From Polyangiaceae bacterium (GTDB lineage: Bacteria > Myxococcota_A > Polyangia > Polyangiales > Polyangiaceae): a stretch of 64,000 nt of DNA. Below are positions 37,879 through 47,880 of this stretch, one piece after another. The stretch is from positions 10,393 to 74,392 of the forward strand of contig JAPSGB010000025.1 of the NCBI GenBank assembly GCA_035063585.1, in the 5' to 3' direction. A model generated the notes under the pieces. It was not told the DNA's origin. It did not search any database and saw nothing but the letters and a program-made list of their open reading frames with translations. Every line of letters starts with the position of its first letter. Position 1 is the stretch's first letter. The position numbers and the translations under genes are program-made.

Positions 37879-40716
37879 GTGGTGACCGCGCTCATCGAGC
37901 AGCTCTCCGGGGCCTGGCGCCGGGTCGTCGGGCCCGCGTCTCGGTCCGCGGCGCTCGCCCTCGTGCTCGCGGTCCTGCTCGGGGGCGCGCACCTGGCCCG
38001 CCTCGGCACCGACGCGGCGCGCGCGGTGGTCGGCGTGGGGCTGGCGCTCTCGGTCGGCGTGGTGCTGCTGCGCTCCTGGCTCGAGCGGCGCGCGTGGAGG
38101 AGCGCTCGGCGCACCATCCATCGCGTGCTCGTCTCGGCCGACCCGGCGCTCGGCAGGAAGGCGCTCCGGGCGCTGTCGTTGGCCGAGCGGACCGCGCATG
38201 ATTCGAGCGCGGGCTCCGCGGAGCTCGCCGCGCTCCACCTCGAGCGGCTGATGGCGAGCGTGTCGGTGGAGCGCGTGTCGCGCGCGGCCACCCGCCGTGC
38301 CTCACGGTATCGCGTGATCGGGTATGCGCTCATCGGGGCGGCGTTCGTGGCGCTGCTCGTGAGCCCTGCGCGCGTCGTCGAGGGGCTCGACGTCCTCGTC
38401 GCGCGACACGGCCGCGCGCCGCTCCACCTGGCGTGGCTCGACGCGCCGCAGATCACCGCAAAGCTCCCCGCGTACCTTCGCGCGGGCGGCGATCGACTGC
38501 TCTCGCCGGGCGAGCCGGTGGAGCTCCCGATCGGAACCCAGCTGGTGTTCCGCGGCGTCCCCCTCCGACCTGGACGCGCGCTTCGACTCCACGCCGGTGA
38601 GCGCGAGGTGCCCTTCGTCGCCGATGGCGCGGGCGCGGTGGTCGCGCGTTGGACGGTGATGAGCGACGTACGCCTGCGCGTGGTCGCGCGCTTCGGGAAC
38701 ACGCTCATCGAGGAGGCCGAGTCCCTCGAGGTCCGAGCCGTCACCGACCGAGCGCCGCTGGTGGAGCTCGAGAGCGCGCCGCGAACCATGAAGCTCGCCG
38801 AGCTCGATCGCTTGGAGCTCCGCTACGACGCCTCGGATGATCACGGGCTTCGCCAAATCGATCTCGTGCTTCGCTCGGGCGGCTCCGAGGACCGTCGCAC
38901 CTTGTCACGGCTCGACGGTGAGGTGGAGAGCGACGCTGGCGGCGCAGTGCTCCAGCCCGACGACCCCTTCTTGCGGCGCATGTTCCTGCCGGTCGTGGTG
39001 ACCGTCGAGGCGCTCGACAACGATCCTGTCGCAGGCTCGAAGTGGGGCAAGAGCGACGCCATCACCATCGTGCCCCCCGCCGTCGGCGAACCCGAGGCGA
39101 GGAGATTTGCGGCGCTCCTCGGGCTGCGCGACGAGCTCACCGACTTGCTCGCGCGCGAGCTCGATGGGAGCGCGCCGCGCGACCATCTCGCGCGATCCCA
39201 GGCCATCCCCGCTCGGGTCAGCGACGTCGTCGACGCGAGCTACGGAGGTCTGTCGGTGCCGAGCGGCCTCTCCGCGTTCCTGCTCGGGCAGGCGCGGGCG
39301 CTGGCGCGGCCGCTCCGGCCCGGGGAATCTCTGGTACGCAAGACGGAGGACGTGCTCTTGGCGTTCGACGTCGCGCTCCGCACCGTCGGGGCGAACGATG
39401 CGCGCGCGGTGGCGCGACGCCTCGCCGACGTGGCCGAAGAGGCCGCCGAGGGTGCGAAGCTCGCGCGGGAGTCAGAGCGACAGGCGCTCGGGCTCGCGCG
39501 CGTCGACGTCGCGCTCGACGCTCTCGCGAAGGGGGCGCGCGAGCTCCGCCGTCTCGATGCGCTAGGGCGCGATCTCGGTAGCGTTGCCGCGGCGGATCTC
39601 GGGCGCGCGCGCTCCGCGCGGGCGCGCTCGGACATGACGCACACCGAGCTCGCGGCCCGCCACCTCGCGGCGCGCCTCCGGCGTCCCGAGCCCTCGTTCG
39701 GCAGCGCCCGCACCGGCGGCGTGGAGTCGGGGGCCGGCAGCAGCCGAGCCTCCGGTGGTAAGGCGTCCCAAGCCGCGGACCACTTCGACCAGCTCGCCTC
39801 CGAGCTGCAGGAGCTCGTCCGCGACCACGCGACCGAGCTGGGCTCGGTCGAGCGATCGCTATCGGAAGCCGAGCAGAGCGTCGACATGGAGGCGCTGCGT
39901 GAGGAAGCCCGGCGGCACGCCGAGGCCGTGCGCGGCGCGCTCCGTGCGCTGCCCTTGCCCGGCTCCGAGCCCGGGACGGCGCGCGCGGCCGCTGCGCTGG
40001 GCCGTGAGCACGCCGGCGCGATGGCCGAGTCACTGGAGCGCTTGTCGTTCGCCGACGCGGTGAACGATGGCCGCGATGCGCTGGCGGCGCTCTCCGACGC
40101 CGAGAAGAAGGCCGCCGAGAACCCGAACGGAGCTGCGCTCGATCGGAGCGCGCTGCTCGAGGCTCGCCAGCGCCTGGGAGCCGAGCTCTCGTGGGCGGAG
40201 CAGCAGCTCACCCAGCTGAAGCAGCAGGCCCAGGCTCGCTCGCGTGGCGCGCTCGAGAAGTCGAGTCGAGCCGAGCAGGGGATCGCGCGGCGCGCCGGGA
40301 ATCTGGCGGACCGTGGCAAGAACGCCGAGACGGCGCTGCCGGAGGACGCCATCGGCGCGCTCGAGCGCGCGGCGGGCATCATGCGCGAGGCGAGCCGCGA
40401 GCTCGCCAATGGTCGCGGAGATCGTGGGCTCGAGCTCCAGCGGCAGGCGCAGCGCCTCCTCGAGCAAGCCAGCAACGGGAAGACGACCGACTCGAACGGC
40501 CAGGACGACGGCCGAGCGCGCTCGCAGCGAAATGACCCGAGCGAGGACGGTGGTGAGGGCGGGAAGAGCCTGCGGATGGGCGGCGAGGTCCCGCACCCCG
40601 GCGACGGGCGGAGCGCGGAGGATTTCCGGCGCCGCGTGCTCCAGGGTCTGGGCAAGGCGGGCAGCGAGCGGCTCTCACCGGCCGTGAAGCGCTACGCGGA
40701 GGGGCTCCTCCAATGA
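37879..40716 (+). CDS. DUF4175-like membrane protein (TMs, Ig-like beta region, long coiled coil)
   Basis: N-terminal TMs, PAYL, D..PLV, ASDDHGL, EALDND, coiled coil, and terminal FRRRVL....VKRYAEGLL. Confidence 0.75.
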   Translation: MVTALIEQLSGAWRRVVGPASRSAALALVLAVLLGGAHLARLGTDAARAVVGVGLALSVGVVLLRSWLERRAWRSARRTIHRVLVSADPALGRKALRALSLAERTAHDSSAGSAELAALHLERLMASVSVERVSRAATRRASRYRVIGYALIGAAFVALLVSPARVVEGLDVLVARHGRAPLHLAWLDAPQITAKLPAYLRAGGDRLLSPGEPVELPIGTQLVFRGVPLRPGRALRLHAGEREVPFVADGAGAVVARWTVMSDVRLRVVARFGNTLIEEAESLEVRAVTDRAPLVELESAPRTMKLAELDRLELRYDASDDHGLRQIDLVLRSGGSEDRRTLSRLDGEVESDAGGAVLQPDDPFLRRMFLPVVVTVEALDNDPVAGSKWGKSDAITIVPPAVGEPEARRFAALLGLRDELTDLLARELDGSAPRDHLARSQAIPARVSDVVDASYGGLSVPSGLSAFLLGQARALARPLRPGESLVRKTEDVLLAFDVALRTVGANDARAVARRLADVAEEAAEGAKLARESERQALGLARVDVALDALAKGARELRRLDALGRDLGSVAAADLGRARSARARSDMTHTELAARHLAARLRRPEPSFGSARTGGVESGAGSSRASGGKASQAADHFDQLASELQELVRDHATELGSVERSLSEAEQSVDMEALREEARRHAEAVRGALRALPLPGSEPGTARAAAALGREHAGAMAESLERLSFADAVNDGRDALAALSDAEKKAAENPNGAALDRSALLEARQRLGAELSWAEQQLTQLKQQAQARSRGALEKSSRAEQGIARRAGNLADRGKNAETALPEDAIGALERAAGIMREASRELANGRGDRGLELQRQAQRLLEQASNGKTTDSNGQDDGRARSQRNDPSEDGGEGGKSLRMGGEVPHPGDGRSAEDFRRRVLQGLGKAGSERLSPAVKRYAEGLLQ

Positions 40717-42281
40717 TCGTTAGTCGCGCGCTCGCCGGGCTCGCCATCATGCTCTGCGCGCTGATGTCCTCGAGCGCCAGGGCCGGGCTCGGGGAGCCGA
40801 GCCTACAGGAGATCGACGACGCCATCACGGAGCTCGACGTCCAGCGAGCTCGCGAGCTCATCGACCGGGTGACGACGGAGTCTCCCGGGCTCGCCCTCTT
40901 GCGAGCACGGTTGGCGAATTACCTGGGTGACTGCGACACGGTGGCCGCGATCTTGTCGTCGCCGGAGCTCGCCGCCGCGGACACGACGGGTCTCGGGGAC
41001 GTCGGCCGGCGCTGCGCCGGGGTGATCGCTGGCGCTACCGTGATCGAGGACGCCGGGAGCGGGATCCGCCTAGTGCTACAGGACGACGCGGACCGGGTCC
41101 TGGTTCCCTTCGTGACCGACGTCGTGGTTCGCGCGCGAGCGCATGTCGAGCACGATCTCGGGGTGCGCTTCCCGCGCCCGCTCAGGATCGTGATGGTGCG
41201 CGATCTGTTCTCGCTGTCGGCCGTCTCCGGGCTCCCGCTAGCCGCCGCCGAGACGACCGGCACGGTGGCGGTGGCTCGCTGGGGACGGGTGACCATCATC
41301 TCTCCGCGAGCCACCGCGCTCGGCTATCCGTGGGAGGACACCATGGCGCACGAGCTGACGCACCTCGCGCTCTCGCGCGCGACACGGGACTTCGCGCCGC
41401 TCTGGCTCCAAGAAGGTGTCGCCAAGCGTGAGGAGACGCGCTGGCGGGCTCCCCGGCCCTTCGATCGCACCCCCGACCCCACCGAGACGGCCCGCGCTGC
41501 CATGCTCAGCGGGCGCTCGGTCGGCATAGACAAGCTCGGGCCTTCGATCGCGATGCTGCCGACGCCCGAGGCAGCCTCGATTGCGTTCGCGGAGGTCGCG
41601 AGCTTCGTGTCGTATTGGATCGAGCAGAACGGCGCGCCGGCGTTCCAGCTCCTTCTCGACGATCTCAAGGGGCTCGGCTCGCACGACGCCGACGGCGCGA
41701 TGCGGAGCGTCACTGGATTTCCGCTCACCTACTGGGTGGCGCGCTGGCGGGCCGCGCTGATGGCGGTCCCGCCGGAGGCGCGCCCGGGGGAGCCGCCGAC
41801 GAGAGCCCGTGGCTCGACTCCAGCGCGGGCCAAGCCGGACGAGCTCGCGCGGCAGGTGCGTCTGGGCGATCTGCTCCAAGCGCGCGGGTATTCGGCGGCG
41901 GCCTCGCTCGAGCTCGCGCCGGCCCTGGCGCAAGCCGGCTCGGAGGCCGCGATCCGCTGGCGTGCTGCGAAGGCGGAGCTGGGCGCCGGTCGAATCGAGG
42001 AGGCGCGGCGGCGGCTCGGGACGGTCGCCGATGTCGACGCGGTGGTCGGGCCCTGGTTCGCGTTGAGCGGTCGGTTGGACCGCACGGCGGGCGCTGGCGA
42101 GGCTGCGGAGCAGGCGTTCCGCCTTGGAATTAGCGCGGATCCGCTCTCCGAAGAGGTGGCCTGCGAGGGGTCCTGGGCTCCGCGCTCGCCGGGCGCGATA
42201 GGCGCCCCGCCGCCCACCGTTCCCAAGGATCCAGCCCGTCGCGCGCTCTGCGAAGCGGTCCGCGCTTCGTCGCGAGATTGA
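40713..42281 (+). CDS. Exported peptidase MA-family metallohydrolase with TPR-like helices
   Basis: Signal peptide, AHELTH and PLWLQEGVA. ATGA overlap with the upstream gene. Confidence 0.82.
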   Translation: MIVSRALAGLAIMLCALMSSSARAGLGEPSLQEIDDAITELDVQRARELIDRVTTESPGLALLRARLANYLGDCDTVAAILSSPELAAADTTGLGDVGRRCAGVIAGATVIEDAGSGIRLVLQDDADRVLVPFVTDVVVRARAHVEHDLGVRFPRPLRIVMVRDLFSLSAVSGLPLAAAETTGTVAVARWGRVTIISPRATALGYPWEDTMAHELTHLALSRATRDFAPLWLQEGVAKREETRWRAPRPFDRTPDPTETARAAMLSGRSVGIDKLGPSIAMLPTPEAASIAFAEVASFVSYWIEQNGAPAFQLLLDDLKGLGSHDADGAMRSVTGFPLTYWVARWRAALMAVPPEARPGEPPTRARGSTPARAKPDELARQVRLGDLLQARGYSAAASLELAPALAQAGSEAAIRWRAAKAELGAGRIEEARRRLGTVADVDAVVGPWFALSGRLDRTAGAGEAAEQAFRLGISADPLSEEVACEGSWAPRSPGAIGAPPPTVPKDPARRALCEAVRASSRD

Positions 42282-42330
42282 CCCGGGTGTAGGGTCCGCC
42301 TACCATCCTGACTGCAAACCCGCGACAATC

Positions 42331-43170
42331 TTGAGACTTCCGGTGAGTGTTGCCACCTACGCCGCAGCCCAGCTCCTGCGGGTGCTGCCTCGGACCCGCA
42401 TCAGCCAGATGGTGGGGCGGCTCTGCGATCAGCCGCTCTCTCCCGCGGCGTCACGCCTCGTCACGCGGGTCTACTCGCGGATCTATGAGGTCGACCTGAC
42501 CGACGCCGCGCGTATCGACGGCGGCGCCGCCTACGCGAGCTTCGACGCCTTCTTCACGCGTGCGCTGCGGCCTGGCGCGCGGGTGACCAGCTCCGACCCG
42601 CTGACGAGCCCCGCGGATGGCGTGCTCGAGTCGACCGGCGTGATCGACGAGGCGAGCTGGCTCACCGTGAAGGGGAAGCCCTATGACGTGGGCGAGCTCA
42701 TCGGCGACCCAGTCGATGCGGCCCGCTTCGCCGGAGGTGAGTACGCGGTCGTCTATCTCTCTCCGCGCGACTATCACCGCGTCCACGCGCCGGTCGACGG
42801 TGTGATCGGGACGATTCGAGGTATTCCGGGCGATCTCTACCCGGTCAACGCCATCGGAGAGCGGCACGTGCCGCGCCTTTTCGCGCGTAATAGCCGCGTC
42901 GCGATCTGTATCGACACGAGAGAGTACGGGCGAGTGATCGTGGTGATGGTCGGCGCGATGATCGTTGGACGCATCAGCGTCCCGATGCTCCCTGGCCCAG
43001 CAGTTCCGCCCGGCGTCCACGATATCGAGCCGCCCCGCCCGGTGAAGCGCGGCGATGAGATTGGCACCTTCCACCTGGGCTCTACCGCGGTCGTGCTGGT
43101 CGAGCGGGGCCTCACGATACGACGTCCTCTCGGCGCCGTTCGCTTCGGACAAACATTGAGCCCCTCATGA
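42331..43170 (+). CDS. psd: Phosphatidylserine decarboxylase proenzyme
   Basis: FFTRALRPGAR, SPADG, YLSPRDYHRVHAP, and self-cleavage site FHLGST. Confidence 0.95.
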   Translation: MRLPVSVATYAAAQLLRVLPRTRISQMVGRLCDQPLSPAASRLVTRVYSRIYEVDLTDAARIDGGAAYASFDAFFTRALRPGARVTSSDPLTSPADGVLESTGVIDEASWLTVKGKPYDVGELIGDPVDAARFAGGEYAVVYLSPRDYHRVHAPVDGVIGTIRGIPGDLYPVNAIGERHVPRLFARNSRVAICIDTREYGRVIVVMVGAMIVGRISVPMLPGPAVPPGVHDIEPPRPVKRGDEIGTFHLGSTAVVLVERGLTIRRPLGAVRFGQTLSPS

Positions 43171-44963
43171 CTGACGACGAGCACGACAACCGCCCTTTCG
43201 AAGACGATCCCGTCGAGGCGGCGAGCTCGCTCGATGACGAGGCTCCGCCCGAGATCCCGGATCTCTCTTCATCGCCACGAATGAGCGAAGCGGAGGTAGA
43301 ACCGGTCGAGCCCGAGCCGGTCGAGCCCGAGTCCGTCGAGCCCGAGTCCGTCGAGCCCGAGCCCGTCTCGAGTCGCTCTCGAGCGGTTCCTCCCCCGAAG
43401 CCGTCGACCCGCCGTGGTCGCCTCGACACGATCCCTCAGACGCCGGTTGCGCGGTCGGCCGCGCCCCCGCGACCCGACGCGGAGGTCGAGGGATTTCCGT
43501 CGGCGGATGCGCTCCGTCCGCCGCCTCCGCCCTCGATGCGACCGCCGCTACGGTCGCAGCCTCCGGAGCTCGTCGAAGTCTCATCGCCACCGCGCCAGAT
43601 CTCCGCGCCGCCGCGTCCGGTCTCCGAGCCGCCGCGTCCGGTCTCGGTGCCTCCGCCGCGTCCGGTCTCCGAGCCGCCGCGTCCGGTCTCCGCGCCGCCG
43701 CGTCCGATCTCCGAGCCGCCGCGCCCGATCTCCGAGCCGCCGCGCCCGGTCTCCGAGCCCCCCGATACCGGGCTGGCCGCGGCTCCCGTCGATGCGGCGC
43801 CAGCCGCTCGGGCGGACTCGGTGCCACCCGCTTCGGACGGAGCGCGGGCGGGTCGAGCCAAGATGATCACCATCCCCGACGACAGCGTGCCGGGGGCGGT
43901 GCCCGAGCCGCAGCGGCCCCAATCCTCAGCGGTCATGGCGATGCGGGTCATCACCATCCGCAAGAGCGTCGATGAGGCGCCGCCGGAGTTCGACGTCGAG
44001 TTCCCCGCCGAGCAGGGCGACGAGGCGGCCTCGATACTGGAGTCGACCGAGGAGCTCTCGGATGACGACGTCGCGCCGGATTCCGGCGGCGCACCGTCCG
44101 CGGGCGAGCCCAAGCGCTCCGCGCCGGCGGCTCCGCCTCCTCCTCCAAAGCGCTCCGCGCGCGCCCAGGCAGATGACAAGCCGAGCCCACCCTCGCTCGC
44201 CGACTCACGTAGGCCGCAGCGGCGACCCTGGTGGGAGGAGATCTTCAGCGAAGATTTCGTCCGCGCCAGCTACCGCATCCCGGATGCGGTGATCGCGCGC
44301 GAGGTCGACTTCATCGAGGAGTCGCTCGGCGTCGCTCCGGGCGGTGTGGTGCTGGATCTCGGCTGTGGCGATGGTCACCATGCGGTCGAGCTGGCGAGCC
44401 GCGGCTACGGGGTCGTCGGCTACGATCTGTCGCTCTACCAGCTCGCGCTCGCCGCCGACGTCGCGCAGGACCGCGGGCAGAAGATCAATTTCCTCCAGGG
44501 CGACATGCGAGAGATGGCCTTCGAAGAGATGTTCGATGGCATCTTCTGCTGGAACACGACCTTCGGGTACTTCGAAGAGGAGAAGAACTTCGCTGTCGCG
44601 CAGCGCGTGTTCAAGGCGTTGAAGCCGGGCGGGATGTTCCTCATCGATGTCGTCAACCGCGATTTCGTGGCCGCCGATCAACCGAATCAGCTCTGGTACG
44701 AGGGAGATGCGTGCGTCTGTATGGACGACATGAGCGTCGACTTCATCACCAGCCGACTGCGAGTGAAGCGCACCCTGATCCTCGATGACGGACGCTCGCG
44801 AGAGTGCTCGTATTCGGTGCGGCTCTACGCGCTCCACGAGCTCGGCAAGGTCTTGCACGACGTTGGTTTCCGCGTGACCGAAGCGAGCGGCAGCCCCATG
44901 ACCCCGGGGGTCTTCTTCGGGAACTGCTCGCCGCGGATCATCATCCTCGCGCAGCGTCCGTGA
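43167..44963 (+). CDS. Class I SAM methyltransferase with about 350-aa disordered N-terminus
   Basis: VLDLGCGDGHH, GYDLS, GDMRE, LKPGGMF. Pro/Ser/Glu-rich N-terminal half. Confidence 0.88.
   Translation: MTDDEHDNRPFEDDPVEAASSLDDEAPPEIPDLSSSPRMSEAEVEPVEPEPVEPESVEPESVEPEPVSSRSRAVPPPKPSTRRGRLDTIPQTPVARSAAPPRPDAEVEGFPSADALRPPPPPSMRPPLRSQPPELVEVSSPPRQISAPPRPVSEPPRPVSVPPPRPVSEPPRPVSAPPRPISEPPRPISEPPRPVSEPPDTGLAAAPVDAAPAARADSVPPASDGARAGRAKMITIPDDSVPGAVPEPQRPQSSAVMAMRVITIRKSVDEAPPEFDVEFPAEQGDEAASILESTEELSDDDVAPDSGGAPSAGEPKRSAPAAPPPPPKRSARAQADDKPSPPSLADSRRPQRRPWWEEIFSEDFVRASYRIPDAVIAREVDFIEESLGVAPGGVVLDLGCGDGHHAVELASRGYGVVGYDLSLYQLALAADVAQDRGQKINFLQGDMREMAFEEMFDGIFCWNTTFGYFEEEKNFAVAQRVFKALKPGGMFLIDVVNRDFVAADQPNQLWYEGDACVCMDDMSVDFITSRLRVKRTLILDDGRSRECSYSVRLYALHELGKVLHDVGFRVTEASGSPMTPGVFFGNCSPRIIILAQRP
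43587..43763 (+). repeat. 21-nt tandem repeat encoding PPRP(V/I)S(E/A), 8 units
   Basis: CCGCCGCGTCCGGTCTCCGAG-like units. A 15-nt EPE(S/P)V repeat also occurs near 43290-43347. Confidence 0.9.
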
Positions 44964-45017
44964 GCTCGGGTGGCTCGGCGGCGCGGCCGGCGACCGGTGA
45001 GGGCGCGCCGCTCTCGG

Positions 45018-45410
45018 CTACTTGCAGGTGACGCGCGCGTGCCCCGCGTCGGGCTCGCACGAGCACCCGGAGCCGAGGCGACCCGCGAGACACGCGCAGG
45101 AGGCCTCCGCCGCGCACTCAGGCAGCCACGCGCACCCGGCGCCGCCCGGGGCGCTCTCGTCACAGTAAAACCCCGCCGGGCACAGCCCGCGACCGCAGCG
45201 AAAGCAGGTCTCGTCCCGGCAGAGCTCGGCCGTGGGTTCCCGTGACGCCTCATCCTCACCGCGCGGCTCACCCGGCTCGCCGGCGCTCACCGGTTCGCCG
45301 GCGCTGCCCGCCGCGGTGTTCGGCGATGCGCCCGTCGCGCTGCCGCAGGACGCCAGCGCGAGCCACGAGCCGGCGACGATCCATGAAGCGAACCTCGACA
45401 AGCGCAGCAC
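45018..45410 (-). CDS. Small Cys-rich lipoprotein
   Basis: Lipobox LASC and a C-terminal domain with 12 Cys. Confidence 0.7.
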   Translation of the reverse strand: MLRLSRFASWIVAGSWLALASCGSATGASPNTAAGSAGEPVSAGEPGEPRGEDEASREPTAELCRDETCFRCGRGLCPAGFYCDESAPGGAGCAWLPECAAEASCACLAGRLGSGCSCEPDAGHARVTCK

Positions 45411-45458
45411 GGCTACCCAGACATATACGCCTCCGGCGACGCGGAGTACAAGGTCCGT

Positions 45459-47465
45459 GTGGACGTCCCGAGCGCGCTCTCAGCCTCGATCCCGGGGCTC
45501 CTCGTCAGCGACGGCACGCCTGATCGCGTGGCGTACTCTCGCGATCTCTGGCCGCGGCGGCTCATCGACGTTCGCGCGGGTCGCGTCGCTGAGCATCGCC
45601 CCGCGTGCATCGCGTGGCCGACGACCACCGCGGAGGTAGCGGCCCTGGTCCGCTTCGCCGCGTCCGAGGGAGCGCCGCTGGTTCCCTTCGGAGCCGGCAG
45701 CGGCGTCTGCGGCGCGATTCAGCCCGACGAACGGACCATCGTACTCGACCTCAAGCGGATGCGCGACCACTCGATCGAGCGCGACGCAGGGCTACTCGAC
45801 GTGGGCCCCGGAGCGATGGGGATCACGCTCGAGCAAGCGCTGCTTCGCGAGGGGTACACGACCGGTCACTATCCCTCGAGCATCCTCTGCTCGACGGTGG
45901 GCGGGTGGATCGCCGCGCGCGGCGCCGGGCAGTGCTCGGGTCGATACGGGAAGATCGAGGACATGGTGGTCTCCGTCGAGTGCGTGCTCGGGTCCGGGGA
46001 GACTATCGAACTCCGCCGCCGTCGCAGCGCTCCCGACCTCGTGCCCTTGATGATCGGGAGCGAGGGGACCATGGGAGTCATCACGCGCGCCAAGCTCCGG
46101 CTCCATCGCGCGCCGACCAGTCGCGCATTCAGCTCCTTCTCCTTCAAGAACATTGCGGACGGCTGGGCAGCGCTGCGGCTCGTCTATCAACACGGTCTGC
46201 GCCCCGCGGTGTCGCGGCTCTACGATCCCATCGATTCGGTGCTGATGCGCGAGGGCTCGGTGAAGCCTGAGCGCAAGGGGGGGGCCCGCGGACCGGACGC
46301 GAGCTCACGGCTCGGGGCCGTCCTCCGTTCCGCGCTCCGCGTGCCGGCAGCTCTGAACGCGGCCATCGAGGCGACCGAGGGCAACCTGCTCGGCGGAAGC
46401 ACGCTGGTCCTCGTCTTCGAGGGCGACTCGGACGAGACGTACGCCGATCGGGAGCGCGCGAGCGCGCTCTGCGGCGAGGCGGGGGGCGTAACGCTCGGCG
46501 AGGGACCGGCGCGCACCTGGTTCGAGCACCGCTACAGCGTCAGCTATCGGCAGTCTCCGGTGTTCCGCCTCGGCGCCTTCAGCGACACGATGGAGGTTGC
46601 CGCGCCCTGGTCTCGGCTCGGCACGCTCTATGATGACGTGCGTCGCGCGCTCGGGGAGCACGTGCTCGTAATGGCGCACCTCAGCCACGCCTATCCGGAC
46701 GGCTGCAGCATCTACTTCACGTTCTCGGGCGTCGGCCGTGACGACGCCGACGCGGCCGCGCTCTACGAGCGAGCTTGGCGCGCCGCGCTCGGCGCCGCCA
46801 TCGGCGCGGGGGGCACGCTGTCGCATCATCACGGGGTTGGGCGCAGCAAGGCGCCGCGTCTCGGCGAGGAGCTCGGCCACGGCGTCGAGATCATTCGCCG
46901 CATCCTCGCCGCCTGCGATCCCGCCGGCGTCATGAACCCCGGGAACCTCACCCCCCGCCGAGACGAGCCCTGCGCCCCCCCGAGCCCGCCGGCGCTCGCC
47001 GCGCTCGACGAGACGTCGCTGCTCGCCACGGCCGCCGGCGAAGAGCGCCTCTCGGAGCTTCGTGCGAGGCTCGCGCGTTCCGGGTTGACGCTTCCGCTCG
47101 CGTACGAGCCCGATGGCGCGCAGACCGTCGCGGGCTGGATCGCGGCCGGCCTCCCGGGCTCGCGAGACACTTGGGAGGACCCGGTCGGACACGCGCTCGC
47201 GGGGCTCGACGCGCGCCTCGCGGACGGCGCGGCGCTCGCGGTGCGCCCCGCGCCGCGGCGCGCGGTCGGCCCCGACTTACTCGCCTTGTTCACCGGAGCC
47301 GGCGAGCGGGTCGGCGTCGTCGAGCGAGCCACGCTCCAGGTGGAGCGAGCGGGCACGCCGAGTCCGCGGGCCCTCCGATTCGACGCAGAGCGCGAGCCGC
47401 CGCTCTCGGAGGGCGAGCAGCGCCTCTGGGAGCGCATCGCCGGTGCCGTCACGCGTCCGGCGTGA
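45459..47465 (+). CDS. FAD oxidoreductase, alkyl-DHAP synthase (AGPS)-like, with extra degenerate FAD-binding module
   Basis: PFGAGSGV, GHYPSS..CSTVGGW, YGKIEDMV, GSEGTMGVIT, SHAYPDGCSIYF, SHHHGVG, MNPG. Confidence 0.82.
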   Translation: MDVPSALSASIPGLLVSDGTPDRVAYSRDLWPRRLIDVRAGRVAEHRPACIAWPTTTAEVAALVRFAASEGAPLVPFGAGSGVCGAIQPDERTIVLDLKRMRDHSIERDAGLLDVGPGAMGITLEQALLREGYTTGHYPSSILCSTVGGWIAARGAGQCSGRYGKIEDMVVSVECVLGSGETIELRRRRSAPDLVPLMIGSEGTMGVITRAKLRLHRAPTSRAFSSFSFKNIADGWAALRLVYQHGLRPAVSRLYDPIDSVLMREGSVKPERKGGARGPDASSRLGAVLRSALRVPAALNAAIEATEGNLLGGSTLVLVFEGDSDETYADRERASALCGEAGGVTLGEGPARTWFEHRYSVSYRQSPVFRLGAFSDTMEVAAPWSRLGTLYDDVRRALGEHVLVMAHLSHAYPDGCSIYFTFSGVGRDDADAAALYERAWRAALGAAIGAGGTLSHHHGVGRSKAPRLGEELGHGVEIIRRILAACDPAGVMNPGNLTPRRDEPCAPPSPPALAALDETSLLATAAGEERLSELRARLARSGLTLPLAYEPDGAQTVAGWIAAGLPGSRDTWEDPVGHALAGLDARLADGAALAVRPAPRRAVGPDLLALFTGAGERVGVVERATLQVERAGTPSPRALRFDAEREPPLSEGEQRLWERIAGAVTRPA

Positions 47466-47880
47466 GGCGTCCGCGATCCATCAGCTCGAGGCCGCTGGTG
47501 AGTCGCTCGAGGGCCCCCTCGACGCGTCGCCGGTCCTCGTCGTCGAGGGGGCCGGCTCCGGCGCGATGGAGCGCGTAGCGGAGCGCTGCGGCCTCGATCG
47601 GTGAGAAGGCGGCGGCGCGCTCGTAGGCGAGCTCGGGGACGCGATAGCGCAAGAGGAGCGAGCCATCGAGGCGCACTTGCTCTCCAACCACCTCGGCGCG
47701 CGGCCGATGCTGCCCTGCGAGCTGTCGAACTACGGTGCGGACGCGCCCGGCTCGCCGGCGCACCTGTCGCAGTCGAGCCTGCTCGAACAGCTTGAAGTGG
47801 CGATTCCTCGACCACACCTCGGGTGCGATGACCAGCGCGCACAGCAGAGCCTCCGGATCGATGGCCGGTGCGCCCGTCAC
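47449..47880 (-). CDS. Hypothetical protein coupled to prfA
   Basis: GTG overlaps the prfA TGA (GTGA). Reads IDPEALLCALVIAPEVWSRNRHFKLFE. Confidence 0.65.
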   Translation of the reverse strand: MTGAPAIDPEALLCALVIAPEVWSRNRHFKLFEQARLRQVRRRAGRVRTVVRQLAGQHRPRAEVVGEQVRLDGSLLLRYRVPELAYERAAAFSPIEAAALRYALHRAGAGPLDDEDRRRVEGALERLTSGLELMDRGRLTPDA

